DNA from: Eledone cirrhosa
Lineage: Eukaryota
NCBI GenBank assembly: GCA_964016885.1
Contig: OZ024741.1
Span: 379,068,001 to 379,132,000, forward strand
DNA: 64,000 nucleotides
Direction of reading: 5' to 3'
Shown here: piece by piece, positions 28,050-42,665 of the stretch
How positions within the stretch are numbered: position 1 is the first letter of the stretch
How the letters are laid out: every line of letters begins with the position of its first letter
Program-made: the position numbers and the translations under genes
Notes under the pieces: model-generated
The model's database searches: none
What the model was told of the DNA's origin: nothing
What the model saw: only the letters and a program-made list of their open reading frames with translations

Positions 28050-29190
28050 ACCACATCTCTTTCTGCATTCATACTGAGACTCACCTTGACAACTCCAGCT
28101 TGGAAGCCTAAGTGAATGTGATTAATTTCACAACCTTCCACATGGATCGTATCGACACACGAAAGGGTGGAACTGCCATGATCCTGCATGATTCACATTC
28201 TCCAATGGTTACTGTGAATCAGTCACCATTCACAACAAAGCCGATGGGTTGATAGTAGCTGTGCTCTATAGGCAACCCCAAACACACATACAGCGCTTTA
28301 AAGAATGCCTCAACATCATTAAGTTCTTTATTCAACAGTGCCATTCTACTAACATGCTTCTCATGGGAGACATTACTCTACCCTGTGTTGATTGGTCTAC
28401 AAACGGTTTCAAACCAATCACTCCCACTTCAACCACTGACAAAGCTGTAGAATCACTTCTCGAATTCATGAATGAGTTTTTCTTGTCCTAAATTTCCTTT
28501 GCACAAACAAAATATCAGAAGATTTTGGACCTATGTTTAGTAACCACACTAACAATACAAATAATATTACAATATAAAAATACCTTTCTTTCAGACCATG
28601 ACATGGTTCACTGTAAGCTGATATTCCACCAGCAGAAAGCTAATCCTAGTGATCTCTTTCCAGGTCACCTATCTGATAAAATGGATCTATTTAATGCCAA
28701 CTGGGATGCAATCATGAACGAACTATCACATGACGACTTGTCTTTTACACACGCACACATCTCCATCAACGTCAAAACATCTTGCCAGATGTTTGTAGAC
28801 GATGTCACAAACATGGGTGCAAAATACAACCCGCCAAGACTTGTGAACAAAATAAAGTGCCGTATCCCCCAAAACAAAAAGCAAAAACAAAAACAAACTA
28901 TTATCAGAAAGATAAAATGAACAAACAAAAACATTAATAAACTAAAATACTGCCAACAGCAATACACGCATTTGACGGCTATCGCACTGCTGGAATCAAA
29001 CAAATTTAACCTCCAACAATACATGAAGATCATCATCAATAACTAAAGAATAGTTGAGGAGAAATAGGCCATTGAGAAAATAAAACTCAATCCCCAAGTG
29101 TTCCTTTCATTTGCAAAAAGAACACAAGTCCACTGTCTCCACTGTTGGCCCTCTAATTGCTCAATATGGCACTCAACAAGATGATGCCAA
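28050..29190 (+). mobile_element. Decayed CR1-type LINE ORF2 fragment (APE endonuclease and linker)
   Basis: Motifs DR...KGG, YRQP, LLMGDITLPCVDW, LDL, SDH and KIKLNPQVFLSFAK across broken frames. Confidence 0.75.
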
Positions 29191-29191
29191 A

Positions 29192-29380
29192 GTTAGAACG
29201 ATTATCAAACGGAGACTGAATTTGGTGTTAAAGACAAAGTTAAATTGTAGGAATAAGTTACTGGTTATCAACACATAGGTTGTTGTTGCGCTTAGGTATA
29301 GTGCTGTTGTGATAAAGTGGAGATGTGATGAACTTAAGGAGATTGAGCGAACATCCCAGGAAAAGTATGATGCTACAAGG
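29192..29380 (+). mobile_element. R4/Dong-type LINE RT thumb fragment
   Basis: Translates roughly as RRLNLVLKTKLNCRNKLLVINT...LRYSAVVIKWRCDELKEIER; homologous to about 30990-31130 on the minus strand. Confidence 0.6.
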
Positions 29381-29494
29381 GACCCTACACTCTCGGCTAA
29401 TACTGGCCGAAACCTACCAAATTTATCAAGTTATCAAAGTGATGTATATATGTGTGTGTGTACAGATGTATGTGTGTACATATGTATGAATTAT

Positions 29495-29526
<32 letters not shown>

Positions 29527-30489
29527 ACACATATATATATATTTGTGTGAGTGCGTGCGTGTGTGTGTGTATGCGTGTGTGTGTATGTATGCGTGTGTAT
29601 TACATACAAATTATATATATATATACATATGTACATACGTAGATTCATACATATATACATATTATACCTGATATATCAGGCATATTTGTTATTATCATCC
29701 CTATTCTTGTTAACGATTTGATCCATTTACTAGTGTTATACATACACTTCGTTCTGCGTGATCTGATTTGCTGAGATAAATACACTTCCATAACAAAATT
29801 ATTAATTGATTCATATATAACCACATACAATTGACATAAACAGCATTACTAAATAAAATGAACAACTTCATCCGGTTCTACTCATTAAATTCTTCATGAT
29901 AACAATTTACATATAAGTAGTTTTCTTGATTTTGTTTAGAGCTATTAAAAATAAATTATATCTCAGAAAACAGATGTGAAAATAGATGTGAAAGTAGATG
30001 TGAATGTGTCTTCCTGTAGAGGAGCCACATTAATATATATATATATATTTTTTTTCTTACATAATATTTTTCACAAAAATTATATTAATAAATGCAACAG
30101 CAAGTATTGGTACTTCACATAGCCAATACCTTTAGCACGATATAGGCTATGCCATGAGATGCTGATTTTTTGCAGGCAGATTGTTTTCTAAATTCTTCTA
30201 ATTACTTCTCTTTTTTTTTGTTTGTATCAATCCCAATGCACTCATAACAACATAAACCACGTTTTCTGACACATCTATCCACCTGGCTGTATCTACTCTC
30301 AACTCTGAATGGTTACATATATGTTCCCATTCTTTCTCTTCAATTCATTGATCGCAAGGATTTACGACGCCCATCAGCCATCACTTCCTCTCCCCTTTTA
30401 CAATCACGCCAAAGTCAGCTTTCCGGATTTCAATAGCGTATGCTGTTTGCACAGTCATATGCCCCAGAGTCTTTGCTTTGTCTTTCTCT

Positions 30490-33130
30490 AGTACACTCTC
30501 TGGGTCAGGGCCATACCATTTCTCTTCCACTTTGAATCAATATTTCTGAGAAATAACCATTGCAAATGCAAGCACTTGTCAAAATTGAACTCGGTATAGA
30601 TCGTTTTTAGTATTTCTTTCTGGGCTGCAAAAATAAATGCCTCAGTTTCAACATTTATTTTAATTTTCATTCTCCATTCCCAATACCTCTTTTTGTTAAA
30701 ACTTATAGAAATTTCACGTACGAATAGACCATCTATTATATATGTCATTCTGTCTGTGTTGTCTTTTATTATCACATTTCCTTTGCTTCATCACTGTTTA
30801 GGACCCTCATCTTTCCTACCGCTGCCATCAATCTCTACTTTGAATTCATTAAATTCCTTGCCAGATTAATTTCCTTCGGTTTAACACACATTTCACAGCT
30901 AATGAGACCTCTTCCTCCTCTCTGTTCTGATAGATACAACATGTCCATGTAACTTTTAGAGTGTAGAGCCCCTTGTCGCGTCGTAATTTTCCTGGGGCTT
31001 TTCTGTCAAGCTCCTTAAGTTCATCTCCACTCTATCACACCAGCGCTATACAGCCTATGTGTTGATAGCCTGTAACTTAGTCTTACCACTTAACTTTGTC
31101 TTTAACACCAAATACAGAGTCCGTTCATATTTCGTTGATAATAGTTCCTTTATTTCCTTCTCTGTCATTTTATTTTGCCTAAGTAATTATACTCGTTGTC
31201 ATGAATTTCCTTCGTAACTTATTCGTCTTGTAATTCGAATCTTTTCATCTTATTAATTCTATATCGATTCAGTAGTAGCACCACACACATTTTTATGCCA
31301 TGTAACATTCCTGTTCACACAGAATGTATGAATTGTCTGTACGAATGAAAGTCGAAGCATACATAATACGAACAGAACATGTAAAAGACTCATTCTTCTC
31401 TTCATATTCACAACTTCCAATGTTTGTCTACTTGATGTCAGCTCTGTCTTCAAACCATCCATACTGCTCACCAATATCTGTCTAACGAATGTTAGCTGCA
31501 ATACGAAACATTACAAACATTCAACTATCCAACTATGTGCCAGTATGTCTTAAGCCTTGCAGTAATCGATCCACGCTATGGCAAAATTTGTCTCCTTTAA
31601 CAATATTTAACGATCATTTTATCAATGAAAAATTGATCCTGAGCCACCCTGCTTCTTTTCCTACTTCCCTCTGCTATGCAAGTAGTGTCTCTTCCTGCTA
31701 TTCATACACTGCCTCAACAATGACACCTGTCGCACGTTTTCACATGAGAGGCAAACAAGTGATAGGTCTAAATTTATTAACTTCATTACCATTGCTGGGA
31801 TCCTTCAAACACAAGATCGGTCTCTGAAAGGTGAGCCTTTCTGGCCACCTCTCTTCTCCATTCAATTCTCCAATGAAGGGATGTCAGCTTTTTCCTCCAG
31901 AATCCTTGCACACGGTGCCTGCTGCGACACTTCCAAACTGGCATATTTCTAAACTTGAGAGTTTCCATAGTTGTTATCTCCAATTCCCCTTATCGATTAT
32001 ACTCAATGTCATGTTTGATGTTAGTCAACCACTCCATACTTCTATTGTTCTCTTTTCCAACAGTCCAGATATCTCTCCAAACTTTTTACTTTCATCCACA
32101 TCACCGATTACTTCATCATACCTACCCATGCCATTTACCTCCTGATAGAATCTCTTCTGATTTTGTGGGAAACTTACACCATGTTTATACTGCATGATCC
32201 CTTGTTCATACCTCTTAATCTTTGCAGCTTTGGCAAGTATCTCTTATTTCAACTCCTCGATTTCCGTATTAATATTATTTCTCTTGAAAGTGTAACTCCC
32301 TGTAAATATTTCATCTTTTCTATTTTAATTCACCTCGTTATACCCTTTCCAAAATATTAATATATTCCCTAAGCCATTTAATGTCCCATTCAATTCTCCT
32401 GTTTCAGCATAGTTCCCTGATCTGCATTAGTGTATCCTGTTCCAGAGCTAACACCTTAGCAATCTAGATACTTGAAGTGCTGATCAGGTTGTTGTTTTCT
32501 GTGGTGGTTCTAGTTAGTACCTTATCAAGGATATTGTTAACTTTGTTAGTTATTTGTTTAAGCTGACATTGGTTTGCTTTTTTAATTGTTTGTTTATTTC
32601 TAACTCCTGATTTAAAGATTTCCGATATATCAGCAATCATCTGTGTGTCTTTTTCTGATATATCCTTCAGTTCATCAATATTAATATCACATACCACGTG
32701 TTCTCGAATATTCAATTTTTCTTCCTGTTGGATTCCATCATTTTACATAGTCTCATCTCTATTTGAATCTCCGACATTCTAAGCTTCTTTATCCTCCATA
32801 CCCTCCTGTCTTATTGCTTTATCATTTCAATTTCAATCTCAGATAGTCATCCGTTTTTGCGTATTGCACTAGCCTGATCACACATCCTCTGTTAGTTTTT
32901 TTTCAAAAAGGACCATCTCCTGTCATACTCGTGTCAGACTTTGTGTATATCTTCTAATTTGTAAATAAAATGTGTTTATAGGACTTCTAAAATAACACTC
33001 TACAACAGCCACGTTTACCTCCTTACTCCACTTCAATCTAGCAGAGTTATTATGACGATCGGATATGTGACTCTCAACGGCACGGGATCTGCCGGACGAG
33101 GCACCTTGACTAGTGGCTCCAACACTATTC
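30490..33130 (-). mobile_element. Decayed R4/Dong-type non-LTR retrotransposon
   Basis: N-terminal RLKWSKEVNVAVVECYF, then EQRGGRGLISCE and ETEAFIFAAQ; many stops and frameshifts. Confidence 0.72.
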
Positions 33131-33432
33131 AGATCTTTGTGTAAACAAATGTGTTTGATGCATTTCACTCAGTGAGTTTACTGGTTTTAAGGTTCAACTA
33201 TGACATTTGCTTTTTTCTCTTAAGATACTATACGTAGAGGGCAACATAAAGGAATTTAAGGGGCCCTGAAACCTTAATTTGAAGTCAACTATCCTGCGCT
33301 GTTTACCAATGAAGTACTTATTCCTCCGAAGTAAAAAAATACTATTGTTATTTTTATTATTATTGGAGTCTCTGTTATTGATGTTATTTAACTGGAAAGT
33401 TTGTTAGAATGAAGATCAAGCCGCTACCTGCC

Positions 33433-35050
33433 TCAAATATTCAGGTCGTATCGGAGGTTTCTTGCTGTTCCAAGCAAACATGCATTTTGAAGAGTTCCAA
33501 AAAGGCGGGTAGGACTAATGTTCTTTAACCATGTTTGAAAACTCTTCGAGATAGTACCCAGTGCTTCTATGACAATCGGGACGACCTTGATCTCCTGACA
33601 ATCCCAAATCCTTTTTAATTCCCACTTTACATCCCAGAATAGGTTAGATTTCTCCTTCTCCTTTTCCTTCAATCTTGTATCAAAGGAGCAAGCTACATCT
33701 ACACATATTCACAATCTTTTTTCCTTATCAAAAACCACCCCGCCAGGTCTATTGCGTTCTAATTCTTCTCTGTCTGTTAACGGTTTCCACATTACGGACA
33801 GACATGTGATAGTTCTATAGTTGGTAACCTCATTACCCTTGATTCGGTCTTTCATTACCAGAACTGTGGTACCTTTTGTTAACCACTATTGTACTTTGGC
33901 TGACACAAAGCAGTTATTGAACATGGCTGTCAGTTTTGGATGAAAGGATGTTATATGTTTTCTCCAATATCCTTGCACACTATCTGAGCCTGTAGATTTC
34001 CAGTGTATTAGTTTATTGACCTACCTTCTAAGAGTTTCAACTGTGATACTTAAATCAATTTGTTGGTGTGTTTGTTGACTAATCTTTTTAACTACCTCAA
34101 TCCACACTGCTCCCATAATCTCCAACATGCGTTGGGCGCTTCAGCTTGAGGTAACGCGTCATTACCCCTTTCAAGCTATTCAAATAACATATTCTGTTTG
34201 TTGCCATAATGCGTTGCTTAAGTTCCTCTATACGAGCATTTAGCTCTTTTCCCGTAATGTTGTATTTTATTTTCAATTTATACTATGTTATCTCGTTTAG
34301 TAAATACTCAAGCTTTCCAATGTTTTTTTTCTAATTCCTTGATTTGACCTTTCTGTCGCCCCTTACACCATGTCTCTGTCCTATCTTGTTTGTTGTTTCT
34401 TCTCCTTTTTTATACCAAGCAATATGTTCACCACATGTCTGGTCGCTTTGGGGATACGGTTGCATCGATGCAGATTATTCACCTTAATGTATAGGACGGC
34501 CATATTAACTTTAGCTGTCGTTCTTTTTTAACTTTTTCCTTTCTACAAATCATAAGACTTCCAATATCAGTGTTCAGATTATCAACAAAATCTTGTCTTA
34601 GCTCAACAGAATTCATTTATTTAATATTCTATATGTTATGAATTTCAGCATTCAGGATATGGTCTGATTTGGTTGTTTCCTCGGGTCTCTCAACATTTTC
34701 ATCCTCATTTCTTAAAGTCTAAATCTCCCTGACATTCCTCACCTTCCATTTCCAACTTAATTTCTCTGCTCAATTCCTCCAGTTCCAATTCGCTTATCTA
34801 TCCATTAGTACTTATTACACAGAGTCTGATACGCCAATATTCGTTCACCCAAACTAAATAGATCAAAATTATTCCAAATGTTATGTATCCGTTTTCTATA
34901 GCTTTTTCCATAGCATCACTCTTCATGTAAGAGTTCATGACAGCTTTATTAAATTATTTAGTCCCATTAATTCATGCCTCATTCCTTCTTCCCCCAACAC
35001 CAGCAGTATTTTGGATGACATCCAGGTCTCAGCTTCTTGACAAAGGGAGA
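33433..35050 (-). mobile_element. Second R4/Dong-type copy with the RT deleted and the restriction-like endonuclease C-terminus kept
   Basis: NYRTITCLSVMWK is fused directly to RNRP..V..D; the end reads ELKRIW..VVPIVIEALG...LQNACLLGTARNLR. Confidence 0.75.
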
Positions 35051-35759
35051 ACTTGCTAGTTGAGAGTCATTCTCATGAAGTTCCAGCCTATTTTTCACCG
35101 TTATTTGAACTATTTAGGTTCGACATTTAAACACCCATATAGAGGATTAGTGAATTTAAGGTTTCACTAACACCGCGGCTAAACCAGCGTAGGATGTGGT
35201 TTTATATACATTTAACTTAAGCTTCTTCAACTTGTAGTTCATCCTCTAAAATTACATCCAAGATTCATAACAATGGTGGTAGTTTTACTGTTAGAATGAG
35301 TGGTGGTACGTCCAGGGCTGGTTTATGAGTTACAAAGGTGTAGATCTTTTGATGGTTGCTTCCTCGATCTGGTGAGAGCGGAATGGGACACAAACTAATA
35401 TACTGTGTACAGTTCCTTAGTAGAGCACATATTCTAGTAGAGACAACAGAAAACCAAAACGTTAAGGCATGTAAATGCACATGCACAAGGGTTCTGGTGA
35501 CGTCAGGCTGATATACACAACGAACTAGAATCCCTATCAATTTATGGTGCGTCTAAACAGATTTATACACGAAATAAATCACATTGTATCGTTCTGTGTC
35601 ACACTTAACATCTTCATGTGAACCTTCTTAGTTTAATAAAGAAATCAATAATATTTGTAGCATTCGTGGTAAGGGTGTCAGATTGGAAACATATCAATAG
35701 AACGTCAGATACAATTCTTCCAGGCATAGAATTACGCCTTCTATTATCTGATTTCATAT

Positions 35760-35895
35760 CTCGCCGAGAATAGCTTTGTTTTTCATCCCTTACGGTATAG
35801 ATGAAATATAGTAGTATTACCGCCCTGGATTAGATTTAATCGACTTTCTCCACCCCAAATGTGTTTGCCACCTGCCTAAATAAAAGCCATTATTT

Positions 35896-35930
<35 letters not shown>
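35760..35930 (+). mobile_element. Degenerate Nin-like SINE 3' part with (ATT)n tail
   Basis: ctttgtttttcatcccttacggtatagatgaaata resembles the SINE body and is followed by (ATT)n. Confidence 0.5.
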
Positions 35931-36135
35931 GCTCTAAGCGGACGTATTTTGCTCGCTCACAGTAATTCGCTTTATTTGCATGTTAAAATTATTTGTTGTT
36001 AAATATGTGTTGTTGTGTAAGGGATATAAGCCCTTAGACTTTGCCCCGTGAAGGGGAAAGTATAATATTTGGACCTTTTGGCCCAAATATTTCAACTTTT
36101 TTTACATGTTATAACATTTACGAAGAAAAAAAAAC

Positions 36136-37553
36136 ATGGCTGAGCCACGCCCCCCAGCGATATGTATGCTGTCGTGCGACAACGACGAAGAAGTTGAGAG
36201 AAGCGCTACAGCCAAATTAACACACATTGATAACACAAATACCACCACAAACAATGTAAACAAAGACACCAATGATACCAATGAGAACTCTAATTTTGTA
36301 AAAAAAATGACAGTAACAGCGACAACGAAAATACAGATAACAAACAAAAAAATAACAAATATCAACGCACTAACATGAAAATAAATAGCGACAACACCAA
36401 CAGCAACAATACCAACTGCACCGAGAACAACGGTGGCAACAAAGACAACAATGATAACAGCGACGGCGCTAACAACAACACCAACAAGAACAACGACAAC
36501 GACCATAACACACCCAACGAAGACAAGAAGAACACTTTCGCTGCGGCAGCAGCAAAAAAGAGGCCATGCTTCAACATGGAACTCTCAAACAAAGATGAAA
36601 TAAAAGTTGACCCAGGTATGGAAGCTCATCAAGCAAGAACAAACCTGGGCCAACTTAACTGTCCCGGTAGGAGCTATTGCAGCAGTGGAGCGCAGAACGG
36701 TGTATTATAGATGCATCTCAGCACAAACCAAAAGGGCAGCTTTAATCCCACAAGAGGGTATCGAACGCGCGCTGAGGTGCATCAGAGAATACATAGAGAG
36801 GGGCAGACAGTACGGCACCGTATCGGTGTTGTTCAAGTCAGAAGCCCTCGCTATGAAACACGCCATGACTTCTTGCAAAACCAGCAAGGTCATAATGTAC
36901 CCCTTCCAGACGGGAAAAAGAACGACCCGTCTCCGCATTCCCAGAATCCCACCAGGACTTGACATGTGGTGGCTTCTGGGATGTGTGATTGTGGAGGGGA
37001 CGGATTCCGTCCCTATAGAAGTGACCAGAACGGCCAGAGAGGACTGGTCCGGCGTTGACCTGGAGATCCTTCTCCAGATCAGGCCCGTGAATGTGAAGAC
37101 AATCTCGGACCACATCCGCCTTCAGAATGGGACGGTCATTCACATTATGACCGAAGGCAAAGGCCGCAGTGTATTGTTTGTGAGGAAAAAAAACATTTGC
37201 GAGCGTTCTGCCCTCAACTGCTGAAAGAGGCAAGGGGTCGAATGGCTCCACTGCTGCCGACGCCGCGGCGAGGACCACAACCAACACCAGCACCCGCAAA
37301 ACCACCAATACAAAGACCACCACCAACATTTACCACCCAGGGGAGGAAACGAGGAGGCTGTCAAATCCCCCCCCCCCCAAAAAAAAATACACACATCAAT
37401 AAAACGATAGAAATACATACAGACACACTTACAGACACAGACCCCTCATCTACCAGTAGTGAAGATGAGGGAAAATCAAAATCCCCCAAAATACAAAAAA
37501 GGAAACACAAAAAGAAAAAAAAACTCAACAAAGCACAAAATCACCCACAATAA
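36136..37553 (+). pseudogene. LINE ORF1 (Asn-rich N-terminus, CX2CX4HX4C knuckle, basic tail), frameshifted
   Basis: CIVCEEKKHLRAFC near 37170; overlapping broken ORFs across 36136-37553. Confidence 0.75.
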
Positions 37554-38083
37554 AAAACGCAGACATCACCCACGCAAACATCTCTCCAATAACACCAGCA
37601 TCAACACCACCATCACCATCACCAGAATCCCCCAAACGCAAACAACCTAAACAGACGCAAGAACAAAATACACGCAAACATCTGAAACCACCGACACCGC
37701 ACTCACAACAAACACAGATACAACCGAAACAGCACCACCAAAACCATCACTACCACAACCACGCAAACAAATAAAATCACACCATCAAAATATAAAAAAA
37801 ATTCGTGCTCGTCAGGAGGGCCAACAAGCAAGGACATTTTTAATTCGAGCACATTTCGCGTGCCGGAAGATTTGATTCTGGTGCGATTGTCGCTCTATAT
37901 ATACAAAGAATACGAGACAGCTTTCCTCGGGACGTGGGAACCCCGAACGTAAAACCCGCTTCAAGACTTTTAAAGGGGTTCCCAAAAGAAACCCCACCAA
38001 CTATGGAGGTCGAACAACCCGACCTTCACAAGGGCCCGGAAGGTAAGTAAACCTTCCTCTCTCTCTCTTTTTAACCTGCCAAC

Positions 38084-41000
38084 ATGGCCGTATTAAGAGT
38101 AGGCTGTTTAAATGTTCGAGGCCTGGCATCGTCCTGGAAACAGGGTCACCTGCTCAACGACCTCAGTTCTATAGAAATGGATGAATTGCCGTCAGCGAGA
38201 CCATGATTTCCGACACGCGCGCACTAGCCCCCATTTTCGACAACTATCAGATCTTTGCACCTGTTAGCCGGCCGGGAATGGGAGGCGGGGTGGCAGTGCT
38301 GTTTAGGAAAGGCCTGGAACTCGAGGTAAGGTCGATCTACCGGGACCCGGACGGAAAGTTGGTGGTCCTGGACGTGAACAATAACGAAGGTGGTGCCTTT
38401 AGACTGGTGGCCGTCTATGCTCCTACTGGCGCAGGACGGCCGGATTTCTTTAGACGCCTGGAAGCCTTTCTGGGTACGTCTCTCCCTTTACTGTTAGCGG
38501 GGGACAGGAACGGCATCTTAGACGCACGCTGGGACTGTGTGGGATTATCCGATATGAGCGGGGGGTGCAAAAGCCTCAAGAAACTGATCAGCCAGTTCCA
38601 ACTGTCTGACAGGTACCGACTAGATTTCCTAATGCGCCAGTGTGGATCTGGGCTAATCGCATAGGGTCATCTAGATCGTATATAGACAGGATATTCATTA
38701 GGAAAATAGACGGAAATAGTGTAAGCTGTCCACGTTTTGAAACGGTCGCCTATTCAGATAATAAGACGCGTAGGTTAGAACCTGGTTACTGGAATTTAAA
38801 CATGTCATTTCCGGCACGTAAAGCTTACAGGGACCAGGTCAACAATTTAGTTAAGAAAAAGTTAAAGGGAGAGTCGTCAACGAGAGATGGTGGGGGGGGG
38901 GGGGGCTCTCAAAAGAGAGATTAGAGTAATGTCGATAGAGTTTAGCAAAGAAGTAGCGTTAGAGAAAAATAGAAAGGATGGGGGAGTTGGTAGATAAGTT
39001 AGACGAGGCTATTGGTAGTGGCATTGCAACTGACGTGCTAGTGGCGAGAATGGCATTAGACCATTTCTTCAATGCGAAACACGAACGTTGCATTGTAAGA
39101 GCTAAGGCGCGTGCTCTGAGAAACGAGGGAACTAAAGCTGTTCGATGGGCCCGCGTGGCAGAGGCGCAGCGTGGTAATAAAACCACGATTCGGTCTTGAC
39201 GGACCGATACGGGCACGACCTGAGCGATTCCAAGTGGATGTGTGAGGCCTTTCGCCAACATTTTGCTCGGTTGTTCGGGGGAAGTGGCGGGTCAGAGATG
39301 GTGGCGGACTTCAGTCCCTACCTCGATGGCTTGCAGTAGCTCTCGACGGCTGACGCTGGGCGCCGCGAAAGGCCAATTTTTTGTCAGCTGCATGAGGCGC
39401 AAGTCACCCGGATTGGATGGTCTGTCCTACGAGCTTTACGTAAATATGCCAGACTTGTTCTCCAATCTCCTCGAAGCCCTCTACTGCAACTGGCAGCAAA
39501 ACGGGAGTATTCCCAGTTCTGTTAGCCGGGGCGTAGCGACGGTGATAAGGAAAGACGAGAACAATAGGGACACATTAAACAATGTCAGGCCCATAACTCT
39601 GCTCAACACAGAGTTTAAGATTTTGGCCAGGGTGTTAGCGAAGAGGTTGGCGCTTGTCGTCGGGGATTTGGTTGGGGAGGCGCAAACTTGCGCAATCCCA
39701 ACCAGGTCCATACACGACAACCTCCACCTACTGCGATACATCATAGAGAGGGTAGGGTGTAAACCTGGCTTCGGTGGGGCTCTGATCAATTTTGATCAAT
39801 CGAAAGCTTTAGATAGTGTCGACCATCGGTACCTGGAGGCTGTCCTCAAGGCGGCTGGCTTCGGCCCCGTCTTCAGAAGCTGTATCGCTGCAATGCCCAG
39901 CGACACCTGCTCGATGGTCAAAATTAATGGCCACCTCTCGGAACCGTTTCAGGTCTCCTGATCGGTCCGTCAAGGGTGTCCTCTCTCCTCCCTTGTGTAA
40001 GTATTGACTCTCGAGCCTTTACTGCGGAAGCTGGAGCTGTTGCAATGCATCCCGCTCAAACCGGAACGCGGAAAGGCTGTGTCAGCTTATGCGGACGACA
40101 TCACCGTGATGGTGTCGGACACCTCAGAAATCGAGGTGGTCGGCAACTTATTGGAGGAATATGAAAGGTTGACGGGAGCAAAATTTAACCCGGAAAAGTC
40201 GGTGGGCTTGGAACTCGGCACCTGGAGAGGCAAGACTATGCCGTCCAACAGCGTCGTTAGGCGCTGGACCGACGGACCGGTAAAGTTGCTAAGAGTTTGG
40301 TTCGGGCCAGACCTCCAGGTGGATAAGAATGGGAACGAGGTGACGGGCAGGGTAGCCAGTCTCACCCAGAAATGGGCTGGGATGAAGCTATCACTAAAAG
40401 GTCGGGCGAAGGAGGCGTACGCGTACTTCGCGTCCGTCATCTACCGTCCCTTGGCCCCGTTCGCGCCTCGCCATCTTGGAGCGGCTCCTTTTCAAATTCT
40501 TGTGGAGGGGTCAGGTTCCGCTGGTGAGGCGGTCCATCTGCTGCCAGCACCCTCTACGTGGAGGGCTGGGCAAGCTGTGGTTAATGATGCGCAGGCACGC
40601 GCTGAGGCTGCGGCATCTCCAGATATGCTGCCTAAACGGTGAACAGGTGTGTTCACCGTTTGTCAGATGGGCCTTACCCCAGCTCGTATCTTTGACTGAG
40701 CTGCAGTCCTGGGTCAAGAAGAGACCGAGACTGGGTGACTGTCATCTGGAATGTTGCCAGGCACTCACTGCCCTCTACCAGGCGGGCAATACGGTCACTG
40801 GAACTTCCACTCTCGAGTTCTATAGAGGATTAGTGGTGTGCAAATGCGACGACGCACTCGGAGAGGCTCTGGGAGTCAATGAAGTCGAACTAACCATTCT
40901 GTACCGGAGGACTTTCGAGCCGGGGACGATGGATAATTTCCCAAAATCCCTCGCTTGGCAGTGCTACCGGGGGGCACTGCCGTTTCGAGATAAACTCTAC

Positions 41001-41443
41001 AGGCACAGAAGTGCTGTCAGACGGACCTGTCCGAGATACGCGCAGAGCGACGAAACCGTACTGCATGCACTGGTCCAGTGTCCGTGCATTACTGACTTGT
41101 GGAGTTATGTTGAACAGCTGTTGTCGCGTGTAGAACGGATCCGGCTATCGGCCGAGTCCATAGAGAAGATCGACCCGCCGCCTTATTTTGGCCAGGAAGG
41201 GCAGGCAATTTTCCTCTCTCTGGTAGCAGTGGCGAAATAAGTTGTATGGTGGACGAGGTTGAAAGGACTGAAGACAGATACTTTTCTCTTCGGCCAATCC
41301 CTCACAACTTTTTCAAGTTTCACTTGGAAAGGAAGGTGAGGGTGGAGAGAGAAGTGCTGCCCCCCAGTACATTTGCTGAAAGGTGGGTGAATGTGGCGAG
41401 AATGGCCCGTGTGAGTGGGCCTACTCTGGTCATGCGACTGTAG
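38084..41443 (+). pseudogene. LINE ORF2 (APE endonuclease, RT, C-terminal Zn finger), disrupted
   Basis: Motifs LNVRGL, VYAP, GD.N, KSPGLDG, RPITLLNTEFKILA, RQGCPLS, AYADD and CP.....ETVLHALVQC. Confidence 0.92.
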
Positions 41444-41715
41444 GTAGGTAAATTTGAAGAGGAGAGGGGTGCCCTTCCAGGGTCCTCTCGAAGCGTCGCG
41501 TCGTTCAAGACTGATGGGGTACCTGAGCGAACCCTACGTGGTCATCGCCCCTATTGGGGAATTTTTTCTTGTAATTTTCTTGTTACTTTATTGTTACTTT
41601 GTTATTGTTACTTTGTTTATTCATACTGTTTAGTCGATTTTTCTGTAAAACCCCACTGTCCCAGTCTTTTGTATTGTCCCCTATATGTCGGCCCTTGTGG
41701 CCAATAAATGAAATC

Positions 41716-41746
41716 ATTATTATTATTAGTAGTAGTAGTAGTAGTG

Positions 41747-41811
<65 letters not shown>
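41716..41811. repeat. (ATT)n then (AGT)n microsatellite
   Basis: Seen directly. Confidence 0.95.
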
Positions 41812-42009
41812 TATTTAAACTATAAATCAGTTATTTAAACTATATATCAATCCAATTGGAACCTTAATTATTGCAAACGTCACCAATATATTTGTAGATT
41901 AAAACATACGCCCACGCTATAATTCTATCGCATGTATGGCAGCAGGGTGTTGAGTGAGTTTTCGGTGCTGCAATGCGGCTCTATTATGATACATACACAC
42001 ACACACACG

Positions 42010-42056
<47 letters not shown>

Positions 42057-42606
42057 CTGTGTCTGTTTATAAGCTTATACGTATAAAACCATGTATACGT
42101 GTATATGTGTGTGAGTGCGTATGATGGCAAGTGTATCTCTTCTTCCATTTATCCCCATTTGTCTTCTATGTCTAACGACCAGTGCGTTATGCTCGGTATG
42201 ACAACTCTTTTGCTCCAGATGTTCTCCTGAGTTTATATTTACAATGTTCATGTCGCTTAACGTCCTTGTATAGTCACCTGTGTATGCTTCCATAAGTATT
42301 TACCTACCAACAAACAGTCACATCAGAGTAGTCTGGATTTGTCTTTTATTCTTGATTAAGTCACGTAATGCATCTTAATTCGTCAGCTGTACCTGTACAT
42401 TTCTGTTAAATCTTGTTCTTTTCCAGTTTCCCCTCATTTAGTTATATTTGATTTATTATATATTCACACACGCATGCGCACTGAGAGCTATATAAGATAA
42501 ATAATTTAATACACACACACACACACACATATATATATGTGTGTATAAATAGTCCAGAATTAACCGTCGAAACGGCTTGAGCTCAGCCGTCGGGGTCCTA
42601 ATCGTT

Positions 42607-42665
<59 letters not shown>

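Larger units (their letters stand above)
35931..41715 (+). mobile_element. Full-length decayed L1/Tx1-clade LINE
   Basis: 5'UTR, ORF1 with a CCHC knuckle, ORF2 with APE-RT-Zn finger, and aataaa near 41703. Flanked by (ATT)n on both sides. Confidence 0.92.

Noticed and set aside
35812-35820. TAGTATTAC nonanucleotide (circular ssDNA virus origin)
   Set aside because: No flanking stem and no Rep gene; it lies within a decayed SINE.
42120-42440. Possible very old GIY-YIG remnant (AYTGDYTRTL) on the minus strand
   Set aside because: Too degenerate to call by eye.
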